From NCBI GenBank assembly GCA_963708075.1, contig OY970194.1, positions 4,096,001-4,160,000 of the forward strand: a stretch of 64,000 bases of DNA, written 5' to 3'. Position 1 is the first letter of the stretch. Each line of letters opens with the position of its first letter. The stretch comes from Sedimentisphaerales bacterium (GTDB taxonomy: Bacteria; Planctomycetota; Phycisphaerae; Sedimentisphaerales; Anaerobacaceae). Positions 46,341 through 57,313 of the stretch are shown here, one piece after another. A program made the translations under genes and the position numbers. A model generated the notes under the pieces. It did not search any database, was not told the DNA's origin, and saw only the letters and a list, made by a program, of their open reading frames with translations.

Positions 46341-46543
46341 GACCAACCTCCTGCCTTTTACAGACTTTCAGCTCAGCGAACTCTACGCTTATGCGAGCAA
46401 GACACATGGGTCAGGACCTTCGAGGCGGTCCGACTGCACGTTGACACGGCAGGAGTAGGGCATCGATGTGCGCACCCGACTCCTATAGCCTTTATAACAA
46501 ATGAGCCGATCTTAGTCAACGCGTAGCTGACACGAGGCACGGT

Positions 46544-46572
46544 TGAACCAGCGACACACGGATTTTCAGTCC
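46544..46572 (-). repeat. 29-bp tRNA-Phe(GAA) fragment, copy 2 (att-like)
   Basis: Identical to 42640-42668; both are followed on + by a TAAGTCCTT box. Confidence 0.75.
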
Positions 46573-46681
46573 TTGGCTCAGCTCATAAGTCCTTATACAA
46601 TAAGATGTTACAGGCGCACAATTGGCGTTTTTCGAGAGATACAAGTGGATAGCAACTCGGCTACCACTCAGTGACAAGTGG

Positions 46682-47287
46682 CTAACACGTGACGACTGAC
46701 CCACTTTTGACCCCATCGCTCGTTCCGGAGATACTGTTCCAGCCGGGCCCGAGGCTATCAATCTTGATGAGGTCGGCGCTACCTGGAGTGATGAACGTGA
46801 ATGTTGAGGTGCCGGTGGAAGCACCATCAATGAATACGGGCTCAAGGCCGGTGAAGGAAATCAAGGTGGCGCCGACCTGAATCGTGCTGTCGCCGAAGAC
46901 CACGCCCGGAGCGTAAGTCCCCGCAAAAATGCCACTTATGACGGGAGTATCATACCCCCCTGCACCACCGTGGAAGGTGACGGGAATGGGCAGATCGCCG
47001 CGGCTCAAGTCCACGACGAGGGTGTCGTCCGTCTCATCCAAACCCCGGATGATCAGACCACAGATCCCCTCCTCGGCCAACCGTTTCCGCTGGAAGTCCC
47101 ATACATCGATCATCCCTGAAGCTGTCACGGTCAGGATCGAGCCCGCCTGTGGCGGAGGATTCGAAACGTGCAATGTGTCGAGGAGTCGCGACTCGAGAGA
47201 CTCCACGCTGTAGTTCGTCTCGCCATCGCGCGGACCAGCCGCGGGCTGTTTTCTCCCCGAACGCGTTGCCCACCATCGTGCTAACAC
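46682..47287 (-). pseudogene. Truncated N-terminus of a LEPR-XLL-type extracellular protein
   Basis: R/W-rich start then YSVESLESRLL; DDTLVVDLS, FHGGAGGYD, ISFTGLEPV; ends ~110 nt from the att-like repeat. Confidence 0.6.
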
Positions 47288-47442
47288 TGCGAAGAAAGCA
47301 ACCCTTCAGGCTTCTGTCCGGATCGCAGGGTGACAGGACATCCTGCGCAAGATGTTCCGAAAAGGCGTTGCAACCATGCGGAGGCAGTGTACAATCAGAG
47401 TTGATTGGCTTGTGTTCTTGTGTCCAAGATAGGGTACGGCTG

Positions 47443-49308
47443 ATGGCGGACGAGTTGTCTCATACTCCAGAAGATGCCAATGAAGGCTCGCCGCCGCGAG
47501 CTGAAGGACCATCAAATCGAGCGCCAGGTGCCGAAGCGGGACTGGGTCGGTTCTTTACTCAGCTTTTGGCTATGCAATGCCACTGCTGCCGAGCCAAACA
47601 TGGTGCGGTGCTCCAGCTGGATGGCGATAAGACCTTCCGGACAGTGGCCTTGTTTCCGTCGGGGCAGATTGAGCAGGAACAACAGCAATGGCTGCAGCGT
47701 TCTGCGGCGGCAGCGAGCCAGGTATTCGCCGGCGGTGGAGCTGCGGTTGTGCCCGTGGACGGGGACTTGCGAACCCATGCGGTTATTGTGCCCCTTCGAA
47801 TTTCCGGCCACGACCGGCTGTTGGCGACGCTCCTGGTCAAGACGGCCGAAAAGACTGCCTTGGAAGGAGCCAGACAACTGCTCGAACTGACGACGCTTGT
47901 GGTCGGCATGACGTGCGAACACTTGTCCTCGCACGGCAAAGAGACCGCCCTGCAGAAGTTACACAAGGGATTGGAGGTCCTCGCAGGGACCAACCGCCAG
48001 AACCGCTTTCGGGCCGTGGCGATGGCCTTCTGTAATGAGATGGCCTCGCAGTGGCAGTGCGAGCGGGCCAGTCTTGGCTTTCTCAAGGGCCGCTATGTCC
48101 AGGTGAAGGCCATGAGCCATGCCGAGCACTTCAGCCGCAAGATGCGACTGGTGCAGGACATCGAAGCCACCATGGAGGAGTGCCTGGACCAGGATTGCGA
48201 GGTCATCTATCCCTCTTCGGCTGACGCGACTTACATTGCACGAGCGGCCGGTGAGTTGTCGGATCATCACGGCCCAAAGACCCTCATGAGCCTGCCATTA
48301 CGACAGGAGAGCCGGCCCATAGCCGTAGTCACTCTGGAGCGGATTGCCGGCCAGGCATTTACAGATGACGAAGCCGAGGCCATCCGGCTGGCGTGCGATC
48401 TGTGTGCCCCACGACTACTGAACCTGCAACACTACGATCGCTGGATCGGAGCCAGGATGGCCGCCAATGCTCGTCGCGGGTTAGCCGTCGTGCTGGGTGC
48501 CCAGTACACCTGGACCAAACTGGCGGTGATTGGCGGCTTCGTCCTTGTGCTGTTTTTGGTCTTCGCCAAGGGTTGGTACAAAGTCAAAGCTCCCTTTGTC
48601 TTTGAGGCGATCTCTCAGTACAAGATCGCTGCCCCATTCGATGGGTTTATCAAGAGCGTGGGTGTAGAGGTCGGCGACCGCATCGTGGAGGGCCAGACCG
48701 CTTTGGCGGAGTTGGATACAGCCGAGCTGCGACTACAGTTGGCTTCCGCCAAGGCCGAACAGGCCGGCTATCTCAAGCAGGCGGATGCCGCCATGCGAGA
48801 CGGCAAGACCGCCGAGGCCCAGATCGCCCAGGCGAGCGCCGATAGGGCTCAGGCTCAGATGGACCTGCTCAGTTATCACATCAGCCAGGCACGGATTCTG
48901 TCTCCCGTGACCGGCACGCTCGTGACCGGCGATCTCAAGCGCCAGATCGGTGCTCCCGTGGAGACAGGCAAGGTACTTTTTGAAGTTGCTCCCCTGGATT
49001 CTTTGCGAGCCGAACTGTATGTATCGGAGGATGAAGTGTCGGACGTGGCGGTAGGTCAACAGGGTTATCTGGCGACGGCCACCTATCCGGGGGACCGGAT
49101 CGGCTTTGCGGTGGAGCGAGTGAATCCGGCGGCGGAGGTAGTCAGCAATCGCAACGTCTTCAAGGTGTGGGTGAAGCTCTCGGAGAGCCGGCCCTGGATG
49201 CGGCCGGGCATGGAGGGTGTGGCGAAAGTCACGATCGAGAAACGCCCCTACGCATGGATCTGGACGAGGAAGGTTGTCAACTGGATACGGATGAAGCTGT
49301 GGCTTTAG
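47443..49308 (+). CDS. GAF-like domain + HlyD-family membrane fusion protein
   Basis: GAF-like region (LMSLPLR...AVVTLER), single TM, APFDGFI..V.VEVGD, ILSPVTG, MRPGMEG. Confidence 0.85.
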   Translation: MADELSHTPEDANEGSPPRAEGPSNRAPGAEAGLGRFFTQLLAMQCHCCRAKHGAVLQLDGDKTFRTVALFPSGQIEQEQQQWLQRSAAAASQVFAGGGAAVVPVDGDLRTHAVIVPLRISGHDRLLATLLVKTAEKTALEGARQLLELTTLVVGMTCEHLSSHGKETALQKLHKGLEVLAGTNRQNRFRAVAMAFCNEMASQWQCERASLGFLKGRYVQVKAMSHAEHFSRKMRLVQDIEATMEECLDQDCEVIYPSSADATYIARAAGELSDHHGPKTLMSLPLRQESRPIAVVTLERIAGQAFTDDEAEAIRLACDLCAPRLLNLQHYDRWIGARMAANARRGLAVVLGAQYTWTKLAVIGGFVLVLFLVFAKGWYKVKAPFVFEAISQYKIAAPFDGFIKSVGVEVGDRIVEGQTALAELDTAELRLQLASAKAEQAGYLKQADAAMRDGKTAEAQIAQASADRAQAQMDLLSYHISQARILSPVTGTLVTGDLKRQIGAPVETGKVLFEVAPLDSLRAELYVSEDEVSDVAVGQQGYLATATYPGDRIGFAVERVNPAAEVVSNRNVFKVWVKLSESRPWMRPGMEGVAKVTIEKRPYAWIWTRKVVNWIRMKLWL

Positions 49309-49324
49309 GGGGGCAGCGGTTCCC

Positions 49325-51511
49325 ATGGCGGTAGATCGTCCGACATTCCATGAGTCCTGGTACCGCGTGGCGGATCTGCGGCCGAGGCTGCTATCAGGGG
49401 TAAACATCCGGCGGCAGTACTTCCGGGGGCAATTGTGGTATATCCTTGAAAACCCCGCCAATAGCGAATACGCCCGCATCGCAGAGAACGCCTACCGCTT
49501 CATCGGCGCCCTCGACGGCCGAAGGACGGTGGCCGAGCTCTGGCAATTGTGTAACCAGCAGCTCGGCGATGGCGCCCCAACCCAGGGGGAGGTCATCCAA
49601 CTGCTCGGCCAGCTCCACGGGATGAATCTTTTGTATGTGGATTTGCCCCCGGATGCCGAGGGGCTGCTCAACCGCTACAACCGCCGCATCCAGCGACAGG
49701 TCCTGAACTATCTGGCGAACCTGCTTTTCCTGCGGATTCCGCTGATCGACCCTGATGCATTCCTGGAGCGCTGGGTGGGTGTGCTTGGATCGGTCTTCAG
49801 TTGGACTGGCTTTTGCTTGTGGATGGTCTTGCTGGTCGCGGGATTGTATTTCGTCATCGGCAACTACAGCGAGCTGGTTGCCCAGAGTGCCGACGTACTG
49901 GCCCCGGGCAACCTGTTCCTGCTGTACCTGGCCTTCGTCGTCGTCAAGATCTTCCACGAGTTCAGCCACGCCTTCGCCTGCAAGAAGCTGGGGCGGCTCA
50001 ATCGCAGCAGCGGCGAAGTCCACAGCATGGGTGTGATGTTCCTGGTGCTGTTTCCCCTGCCATACGTGGACGCCTCCAGCGCTTGGGCCTTTCGCAACAA
50101 ATGGCACCGGGCGATTGTGGGCATGGCCGGAGTCATGGCGGAACTGGCCGCGGCGTCCGTCGCCGCCATCGTCTGGGCACAGACTTCCACGGGGACTATC
50201 CACATCATTGCCTACAACGTCATCTTCGTCGCCAGTGTTTCGACGATCTTGTTCAACGGCAACCCCCTGCTGAGGTTCGATGCCTACTATGTGCTTTGCG
50301 ATCTGCTGGAGATTCCCAACCTGGCCCAGCGGTCGAAGAACTACATCTATTACCTGGTCAAGCGATATGTCTGGGGCCTTAAGAAGCTCCGGAACCCCGC
50401 CTACGGCCCTGGAGAGACCTTCTGGTTCATCGCTTACGGTCCCGCGTCGACTGTCTATCGCATCTATATCAGCATACGAATCCTCCTATTCCTCAATCGG
50501 CGCCTTCCCGAGGAATTGTTCATTCTTGTTCCGTTGTTAGCGATAGCCGCCATCGTGGGCTGGCTGTTCGCACCGCTGGCGCGATTCATCAGGTACTTGG
50601 CGACAGGCCCTGAGCTTACCCGCAATCGCCGCCGGGCGGTCGTGTCCACTGTGGGCGGTCTGTGCGTGACAGTAGTCCTTATGGGCCTGATTCGCATGCC
50701 GGACCATTACCGTATCGAAGGGATCGTCGAGCCCGCTCATCTCGCCCTGATCCACGCAGAAAGTGACGGCTTTGTCACCGGTTTTCTCCCATCCGAGTCG
50801 GTTGCCTCGCCAGATGGCCAGTCCCTTGTACAGGCAGTCAATCGGGAGTTGGAGGCGGAGAAGGCGAGCCTGCTGGCGGAGCGACGTGGCCTGGAGGCGA
50901 GGCACCGTCTGGCTGAGACCCAGGAGACCGCCGCGGCACAGATCATCGCCGAGCAGATCGACGCTCTCAATGAAAGCCTTGCCCGCGTCCAGTGGCAACT
51001 GGATAACCTGAACTTGAAGCCGCCGTTCAAAGGCATCTGGGTGGCCCCGGAGATCGATCGCACCAAAGGCACATACCTGAAACGGGGTGAAAGAATCGGC
51101 TTCGTCGGCAGCCTGGAGGATCTGATCATTCGCGTGACCGCCGGGCAGGATGTCGCCGCTATGATCTTTGAGCAGGCACACAAGACCGTTGAGATTCGGG
51201 TCAAAGGCCGGCCGGACAGGACCTTCACAGGCCAGATCGAGAAGATCTTCCCCGCCGGCAGCGATGAGCTGCCCTCTGAGGCCTTGAGCTATGCCGCCGG
51301 TGGTGACGTGCCCACGCGTTCACCAACGCCACAGGATAGAACCGCGGCAGAGAAGTTCTTCGAGATTCGCATCAGGCCCGTGGCATCGGACGCTTCGGCC
51401 TTATTCACGGGCCAGCGGGTAGTAGCCAGGCTCACCATGACAAGCAAATCGCTTCTGGCCCAGTGGTGGCAGTCGGGCAGGCGGCTGTTCCAGAGGAGGT
51501 TCCACATCTAA
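49325..51511 (+). CDS. PqqD/RRE-like - M50 (site-2) metallopeptidase - HlyD-like fusion
   Basis: N-terminal LDGRRTVAEL...LGQL; HEFSH; PYVDASSAW; NGNPLLRFDAYY; C-terminal hairpin and barrel. Confidence 0.85.
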   Translation: MAVDRPTFHESWYRVADLRPRLLSGVNIRRQYFRGQLWYILENPANSEYARIAENAYRFIGALDGRRTVAELWQLCNQQLGDGAPTQGEVIQLLGQLHGMNLLYVDLPPDAEGLLNRYNRRIQRQVLNYLANLLFLRIPLIDPDAFLERWVGVLGSVFSWTGFCLWMVLLVAGLYFVIGNYSELVAQSADVLAPGNLFLLYLAFVVVKIFHEFSHAFACKKLGRLNRSSGEVHSMGVMFLVLFPLPYVDASSAWAFRNKWHRAIVGMAGVMAELAAASVAAIVWAQTSTGTIHIIAYNVIFVASVSTILFNGNPLLRFDAYYVLCDLLEIPNLAQRSKNYIYYLVKRYVWGLKKLRNPAYGPGETFWFIAYGPASTVYRIYISIRILLFLNRRLPEELFILVPLLAIAAIVGWLFAPLARFIRYLATGPELTRNRRRAVVSTVGGLCVTVVLMGLIRMPDHYRIEGIVEPAHLALIHAESDGFVTGFLPSESVASPDGQSLVQAVNRELEAEKASLLAERRGLEARHRLAETQETAAAQIIAEQIDALNESLARVQWQLDNLNLKPPFKGIWVAPEIDRTKGTYLKRGERIGFVGSLEDLIIRVTAGQDVAAMIFEQAHKTVEIRVKGRPDRTFTGQIEKIFPAGSDELPSEALSYAAGGDVPTRSPTPQDRTAAEKFFEIRIRPVASDASALFTGQRVVARLTMTSKSLLAQWWQSGRRLFQRRFHI

Positions 51512-53497
51512 ATGGCGGCCCTCTCCCACGTAAGCTGGAAGACGCTCGATCAGGGCCTGCAGGCGAAACCCCTGCCCCAAGGCGCAGACGCCGCTTGGCA
51601 TGCAGGAGCGGGCATGCTAAGTCGATGCCTCCCACGACAGCGGTGGTTCCTTCGCCGGGCCCGGAAAATTGCGGAGCTGGATACGCAGTTCTCCGCCCTG
51701 ACGGACCACAAGCTGCGAGAAGAGGCCACCGGGCTTCGACAGGTGTTTCGGCTGGGCCGGGACAAGGCAGACGACTTGGATCGGGCATTTGCCATCGTGC
51801 GGGAGGTTGCCCTGCGGCAGATCGGTGAAAAGCCTTTCCCCGTCCAGATAGCAGGAGCTTTGGCTCTGGCCAAAGGCTGTGTCGTAGAGATGGCTACGGG
51901 CGAGGGCAAGACTTTAAGCGCTACACTGCCCGCGACGGTCGCTGGCTGGCGAGGCCAGGGCTGTCACATCATCACGGTCAACGACTACCTGGCCAAGCGG
52001 GATGCCGAATGGATGGGCCGCATTTATCAGTTTTGCGGGCTTCGGGCCACCTATATCGAGCAGGGCATGGCCCCGGAGGATCGCAGGAACGCCTACGCAG
52101 CGGATATCACCTACTGCACGAACAAGGAAGTGACGGCGGATTTCCTGCGGGATCGACTGCTTCTGGGCCGGTTGCGGGGGTCCAGTTCCGCCCTCTTATC
52201 CAAGATTGCCTCCGACGGCAGGTCCCCTCTGGATCGTCTGGTCCAAAGAGGGCTGCAGTGGGCAATTGTCGATGAAGCGGACTCCATCCTTGTCGATGAA
52301 GCCGTAACTCCTTTGATTATCTCCGGACCCGCTCCCAATCCCGAGCAGACGCAAGCCTTCTGCCAGGCGGTGAAGATTGCGGAAAGTCTCACCCCTCCAA
52401 GAGATTACTCGGTCAATCCTCGCTACCGGGAGGTGGAACTGACCGCCGAGGGACGCCGGCGTCTGGCAGATTTGGCGGCGCCTTTGCCAGGGATCTGGCA
52501 AGGCGCCCGCCGCCGCGAGGAGATCGTGACGAAGGCCCTCGTCGCCCAGCAGCTCTACCTCAAGGATAAGCACTACATCGTCAGCGATGGCAAAGTCGTC
52601 ATCGTGGATGATTTCACCGGCCGCATTATGCCGGACCGCTCCTGGCGGGATGGATTGCACCAGGCGATCGAGGCCAAAGAGGGGCTGGAGGTCACCGCCT
52701 GGAAGGATACCTACGCACGAATCAGCTTTCAGCGGTTCTTTCGATCGTACAAGCACCTGGCCGGCATGACAGGCACGGCCCAGGAGGCCGCCGGCGAGTT
52801 CTGGCAGATCTACAATCTGCCCGTAGTGACGATCCCGACGAATCGGCCGTGCATCCGGAGGGTACTGCCGGATATCGTTCTATCCGGCAAAGAGATCAAA
52901 TGGCAGCGGCTCGTACAGGAGATTCGTAAAGTTCACGATAACGGCAGGCCGATCCTCGTGGGAACACGAAGTGTTCGAGACAGTGAATACCTGAGCATCC
53001 TGCTAACAGCCGAGCATCTGGATCATCAGGTGCTTAATGCGGTCCGCCATCGTGAGGAGGCCCAGATCGTCGCTGAGGCGGGTCAACCCGGCAGGATTAC
53101 CGTGGCGACGAACATGGCCGGCCGAGGCACCGACATCAAACTCGGTCGGGGCGTGGCTGAACTTGGGGGTCTGCACGTGATTGCCGCTGAGCGAAATGAG
53201 TCCGGCCGGATCGACCGCCAGCTCTTCGGCCGGTGTGCCCGCCAGGGCGATCCGGGAAGTGCCCAGGCGATAGTGTCACTGGAGGATGAGTTCGTCTGCC
53301 GCTACGCAACACACCTTGCCGGCCACTTCAAACGCCGCCACGCTCAAGCCTCGGGAGACCTTTCTTCCATCCTCGCCAGGACAACATTTCATCTGGCCCA
53401 GTACCGCGCCGACAGATTCGCCCTGAGCCAGCGTAAGGCGGTCATGCGGGCCGATCACTGGCTCGATGAGACCATCGGCTTTGCCGGTAGGGCTTAG
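51512..53497 (+). CDS. Short SecA paralog (DEAD motor + PPXD, most of C-terminal scaffold/wing absent)
   Basis: EMATGEGKT, TVNDYLAKRD, VDEADSILVDEA.TPLIISG, GLHQAIEAKE, GMTGTA, ATNMAGRGTDI, RIDRQLFGRCARQGDPG; only 661 aa. Confidence 0.9.
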   Translation: MAALSHVSWKTLDQGLQAKPLPQGADAAWHAGAGMLSRCLPRQRWFLRRARKIAELDTQFSALTDHKLREEATGLRQVFRLGRDKADDLDRAFAIVREVALRQIGEKPFPVQIAGALALAKGCVVEMATGEGKTLSATLPATVAGWRGQGCHIITVNDYLAKRDAEWMGRIYQFCGLRATYIEQGMAPEDRRNAYAADITYCTNKEVTADFLRDRLLLGRLRGSSSALLSKIASDGRSPLDRLVQRGLQWAIVDEADSILVDEAVTPLIISGPAPNPEQTQAFCQAVKIAESLTPPRDYSVNPRYREVELTAEGRRRLADLAAPLPGIWQGARRREEIVTKALVAQQLYLKDKHYIVSDGKVVIVDDFTGRIMPDRSWRDGLHQAIEAKEGLEVTAWKDTYARISFQRFFRSYKHLAGMTGTAQEAAGEFWQIYNLPVVTIPTNRPCIRRVLPDIVLSGKEIKWQRLVQEIRKVHDNGRPILVGTRSVRDSEYLSILLTAEHLDHQVLNAVRHREEAQIVAEAGQPGRITVATNMAGRGTDIKLGRGVAELGGLHVIAAERNESGRIDRQLFGRCARQGDPGSAQAIVSLEDEFVCRYATHLAGHFKRRHAQASGDLSSILARTTFHLAQYRADRFALSQRKAVMRADHWLDETIGFAGRA

Positions 53498-55341
53498 AAT
53501 GACGGGGACATCTCCCAGGGCGGCTCGGAGATCGTCCGCCGTTCAGAGCCCTCCTGAGGCGGCTCTGGATCAGGCAGGCTCTGCAGAACCGAAGACAATG
53601 ATGCTTCCACCATGCGCAGGTCAAGGATCGTTCCGGCCGCCTGGGCAAGCTCGGCCAAGGCGATATTGAGTTCCACGATCGCACCGATCTCGCCCCGCTG
53701 AGCCTGGGCATAGGTCTCCTGGGCCTGTAATTTCACCAGCAAAAACTCCGGCGTGAGCTTTTCTCGAATGGCCTCCGATTCCTCCAGCGTCTGCAGGTGT
53801 GCCCGGGCCGCCTGCACGGCCTCCTGCTGTACCTTGAGCTCATCGAAGCTCGTCTGGACTCTCCTGGCTCTCTCGCGCACCTGCACCGCTACCTGGTCAG
53901 CCGTATTATGCAGAATCGAAGTGGCCTTTCGCCGCTCCCACTGCCGGCGGAGCCATTCGGCCTGTCGGCTGCGATTACCCAGCGGATACTCCAGGTTCAG
54001 CCCAACCGCGTAGCTTGTATATTGGCCATCCTCGATCTGATCGTGTGCTTCGAACCTGTCCTCGCCCAAACCTCGAGCCCTCGCTGAGCCCACCAGGTCC
54101 AGCCGGGGCATGCGTTGATTCTTCGCTACATCGATGTTGATCTGGGCGACCTGAACGCCAAGGTGGGCCTGCTGAATCACGGGATTTCGCTGCATCGCCG
54201 TCGCCAGCGTGCGATCCACCAAGGTTGCAGACTCCGGCAACTCCTGCGCGACCTGCGGCTCACTCGCTGGTATGATCTCGAGCTTGCTGGCCGTATTGAC
54301 CTGTGGATCAGAGATCAATCGCACAAGAGCATCCTGCACGTCCACCGCCTGCTTTTGCGACTCCAACAGCGTCGCCTCGCGGCTCTTGGCGTAGGCCTCA
54401 GCCTGCTTGATCTGGACATCCGTAGCATCGATGTCCCGCCGACCCTCTACCTTCTTGAGCGTCTGATTCGTCTCGTCCACAAGCTGACGCTGGATCTCGG
54501 CATCCTGCCGGGCCTGGACCAATCGCCAATAGGCCGTAATCACAGCCGCCGAGACAGCTTCCGCTTTCTCACGAAAACCAAGGAGCGATGCCTCATAGTT
54601 GAGCTTGGCCACATTCACGCCGGCCAGATTCACCTGCGTGCCGGCATCACGGAGCAAAGGCTGGCGAAGCTCAAAGATGACCATCGGCTCATAGCGAGTC
54701 GGTAACGTTCGCCCAACCAGATCATCCCAGATATGGCTTAGACCGTAGCTGGCTGACCACTCAGAGCCCAGGATGGTCCTTTGCTTTACCCCGGACTCGA
54801 ACAATCGTGTCTCTGCCTCTCCGGGCTCAAAGAAGCTGTTGCGAGGATTGTCCTGATCGTCATAGTTCACGCGGCTAAACGCCGTCGGGTCAAAATCCCC
54901 CGCCGCCTTGGCGACCTCTTGCCGCACGATCTCCGGATCGAAGCTGACGATTCGAATCTCAGGGCTATTGGCCAAAGCGCGCGTGATGGCCTGCTCGATC
55001 GTCAGCGTCGCGGTCTTCTCGCCGTTATTCGGGTCCTCAATTATCTGCAAGGGCGGGATGGCTTCTTGCTCAGTCTCGACCGGCTTGAGCATGCTCAACG
55101 GATCAAGCGATGGCGGTTCCTGTGCGTTGAGGCGCTGCTGTGGCCCACTGCCGGCTAACCGCTTCTGGTATGTGCTCACTTTCGATCCATCGCTGACTCG
55201 ATCGGAAACGCAGCCGCCAAATACGACCAGACAACCGATCAGGATAGGTGAGTATGCCCCCCAACCACTCACGTGCGACAGGCTGAGCCATCCTGTCCTT
55301 CGGCGGGACTGTCTTGGTGTCCTCTGTCTCAACTGCATCAC
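53494..55341 (-). CDS. TolC-family outer membrane protein (lipoprotein)
   Basis: Lipobox FGGC; LTIEQAITRALANS, LRQPLLR, AYWRLV, MPRLDL, LEYPLGNR. Confidence 0.9.
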   Translation of the reverse strand: MMQLRQRTPRQSRRRTGWLSLSHVSGWGAYSPILIGCLVVFGGCVSDRVSDGSKVSTYQKRLAGSGPQQRLNAQEPPSLDPLSMLKPVETEQEAIPPLQIIEDPNNGEKTATLTIEQAITRALANSPEIRIVSFDPEIVRQEVAKAAGDFDPTAFSRVNYDDQDNPRNSFFEPGEAETRLFESGVKQRTILGSEWSASYGLSHIWDDLVGRTLPTRYEPMVIFELRQPLLRDAGTQVNLAGVNVAKLNYEASLLGFREKAEAVSAAVITAYWRLVQARQDAEIQRQLVDETNQTLKKVEGRRDIDATDVQIKQAEAYAKSREATLLESQKQAVDVQDALVRLISDPQVNTASKLEIIPASEPQVAQELPESATLVDRTLATAMQRNPVIQQAHLGVQVAQINIDVAKNQRMPRLDLVGSARARGLGEDRFEAHDQIEDGQYTSYAVGLNLEYPLGNRSRQAEWLRRQWERRKATSILHNTADQVAVQVRERARRVQTSFDELKVQQEAVQAARAHLQTLEESEAIREKLTPEFLLVKLQAQETYAQAQRGEIGAIVELNIALAELAQAAGTILDLRMVEASLSSVLQSLPDPEPPQEGSERRTISEPPWEMSPSF

Positions 55342-56216
55342 GGCTGTCGCCCCGCCTGTGGCTGTCCATCCCCTGCGAATGTCACCAGCACGTGCTCTCC
55401 CGCCGGTCTGCCCATTGGGTTCGGCACTTCGATGCGCACCCGCAGTGTGCCACTGGCGGCATCGGCCACTGCCGCAACAAAGATCACACGCCCCTCGGCA
55501 GCCGACGTCGCCTTGCCCGAGTCGGTGAACTGTACCCGAGTCGTCCCGCCCGTCTTTAAGTTGATCCCCTCAGCCAGTGGGACAGGGGCGTCGATCCACA
55601 ACGGGTCAGTCTGCACGACCCGAATCACATCCGCCAAGGCGTTCGCCGACTCGCCCACTTCGACATCGACCTTTTCGATCCACCCATCGACAGGGCTTTT
55701 GAGCTGCATGTTGTCAACGCGGATTCTGTACTCCTCGTACTTGCGGCCCGCCTGCTCATGCTCGAATTTGGCCAATTCAAAGGATAACTGCGCAATGGTC
55801 ACATCCAGCTTGGCGTGCTCGACCTCAAGGAATGTGGCGGCATTGCTGGCAGCGGCCTTCTGGAGCTTCTCCAGATCGACTTTCTTTTGCGCCAGCGATG
55901 CTTCGCTCGCCCGCATCTGCGTGAGGTCCTCGCTCTGGGCCTTGAGCTGGGCAAGCTGAACCTGCTCGGCGGCATCATCCTGCCGGACCAGCACCTCACC
56001 GACCTTTACCGAATGCCCCTCCTTGAACGGCACGCTCGCAATCCGCCCCGGCTGCACGAAGGAAAGGGTAATATCCGCGCTCGGCCGCGTGATAGCTCGA
56101 ACGCCTGTGCCCATTCCGGCGGATGTCACGCCGCAAAGCAATATCACTATGAACGACAACGAAAACAGCTTATGTATTCCATTCGTGACCATCAGCCAAG
56201 CCTCTATGCCATACAT
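55338..56216 (-). CDS. RND/HlyD-type periplasmic adaptor (MFP)
   Basis: PGRIASV.FKEG..VKVGEVL, LKSPVDG, ADAASGTLRVRIEVPNP. Confidence 0.9.
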   Translation of the reverse strand: MYGIEAWLMVTNGIHKLFSLSFIVILLCGVTSAGMGTGVRAITRPSADITLSFVQPGRIASVPFKEGHSVKVGEVLVRQDDAAEQVQLAQLKAQSEDLTQMRASEASLAQKKVDLEKLQKAAASNAATFLEVEHAKLDVTIAQLSFELAKFEHEQAGRKYEEYRIRVDNMQLKSPVDGWIEKVDVEVGESANALADVIRVVQTDPLWIDAPVPLAEGINLKTGGTTRVQFTDSGKATSAAEGRVIFVAAVADAASGTLRVRIEVPNPMGRPAGEHVLVTFAGDGQPQAGRQP

Positions 56217-56400
56217 CCAACAATTCGTTACTGTACATCACGACAGGAGATACTGCAAGTGAGTTCGCACAAGAAGTAGTGTAATGAGTTGTGTGTAAGC
56301 TGGGCTGGGCAGGGATAGGGGCCACCCGTCTGGAGCAAAGGCGAGCGTAGCGAGCCGTAGCGCAAGGCGGGTAACAGCGGCCATGAAATAGGGGTACGTA

Positions 56401-56596
56401 CTTGCTCTGTAGAGAAGGTCCCTGAGAAGTAGGATGAGAGCGATGTTGTGCGTGAGCACAAGAAGGAGCATATCGCAACACTGGGACCAGTACTGCCTCG
56501 CCCGCAGGGCCGACCCATAGTTGCGTCTGATCATGCTGATCACCGTCTCGGCTTGCCAGCGCTGGCGGTAGAGTTTGCGTCTAAAATGGCGTAGGG
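56401..56596 (-). mobile_element. IS5/IS4-like DDE transposase 3' remnant
   Basis: LYRQRWQAETVISMIRRNYG...LTHN...LYRA (YxxRWxxE signature). Confidence 0.7.
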
Positions 56597-56728
56597 TGCA
56601 AATATTATCTGATTACGCCGGAGACGATCCTATCCTGGTATCGGCAACTCATCGCCGAGAAATATGATGGCAGCAAGAACTGTAAGAACCCCGGCCCGCC
56701 TAAGATCTCGCAGGAAATCATCGGCCTT

Positions 56729-57313
56729 GTGATCCAATTCAAAGAGGAGAACCCGCGCTGGGGCTACACCCGAATTCGGGATTACCTCGTCTACCTCGGA
56801 CACAAGATCGGCGAAACCACGGTTAAGAACATCCTCATCGAGAACGGCTTAGATCCAGAGCCAGACCTGACCCGCAAGACCACCTGGAAGGAGTTCCTCA
56901 AGAGCCACTGGAATGTGCTGGCCGCCTGCGATCTGTTCTCGATTGAGCTACTGGTCAAAGGTAAACTTGTCCGCTACATGGTGCTCTTTGCCATCAATCT
57001 GGCCACTCGCAAAGTGGAGATCCTGGGCGTCGGTGCGCAACCGAATGGTCCCTGGATGGAGCAAATCGCCCGCAATGCCAGCGGCGAACACGGCTTCCTG
57101 GCCGGCAAGAAGTACCTGATCCATGATCGGGATCCACTGTACACAGACAAGTTCGACAGCATCCTCAAAGCTGCCGGGGTGGAAGCTGTGAAACTACCAC
57201 CGCAAAGCCGCGTGACAGGCACCCTGCCACGTCATCTTCGCGGGGACAGTATGCGCCCGGGTATGATCTGGGCATCAGGAAACTCCTTCTATGCGATGCT
57301 CAATGCTGGATGA
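56729..57313 (+). mobile_element. Integrase-core (rve) transposase remnant
   Basis: ENPRWGYTRI, WKEFLKSH, ACDLFS, LIHDRD, KLPPQS; final catalytic Glu region missing. Confidence 0.75.

Noticed and set aside
42640..46572. Functional tRNA-Phe genes
   Set aside because: Only the anticodon arm to T-loop part is present; no D arm or acceptor stem
51512..53497. Housekeeping secA
   Set aside because: Too short, lacks most of the C-terminal scaffold/wing region, and sits in an HlyD/M50 operon
56333..56372. GCGAGCGTAGCGAGC-type motif as a plasmid or rolling-circle origin
   Set aside because: Single short occurrence beside IS debris, with no rep or relaxase gene
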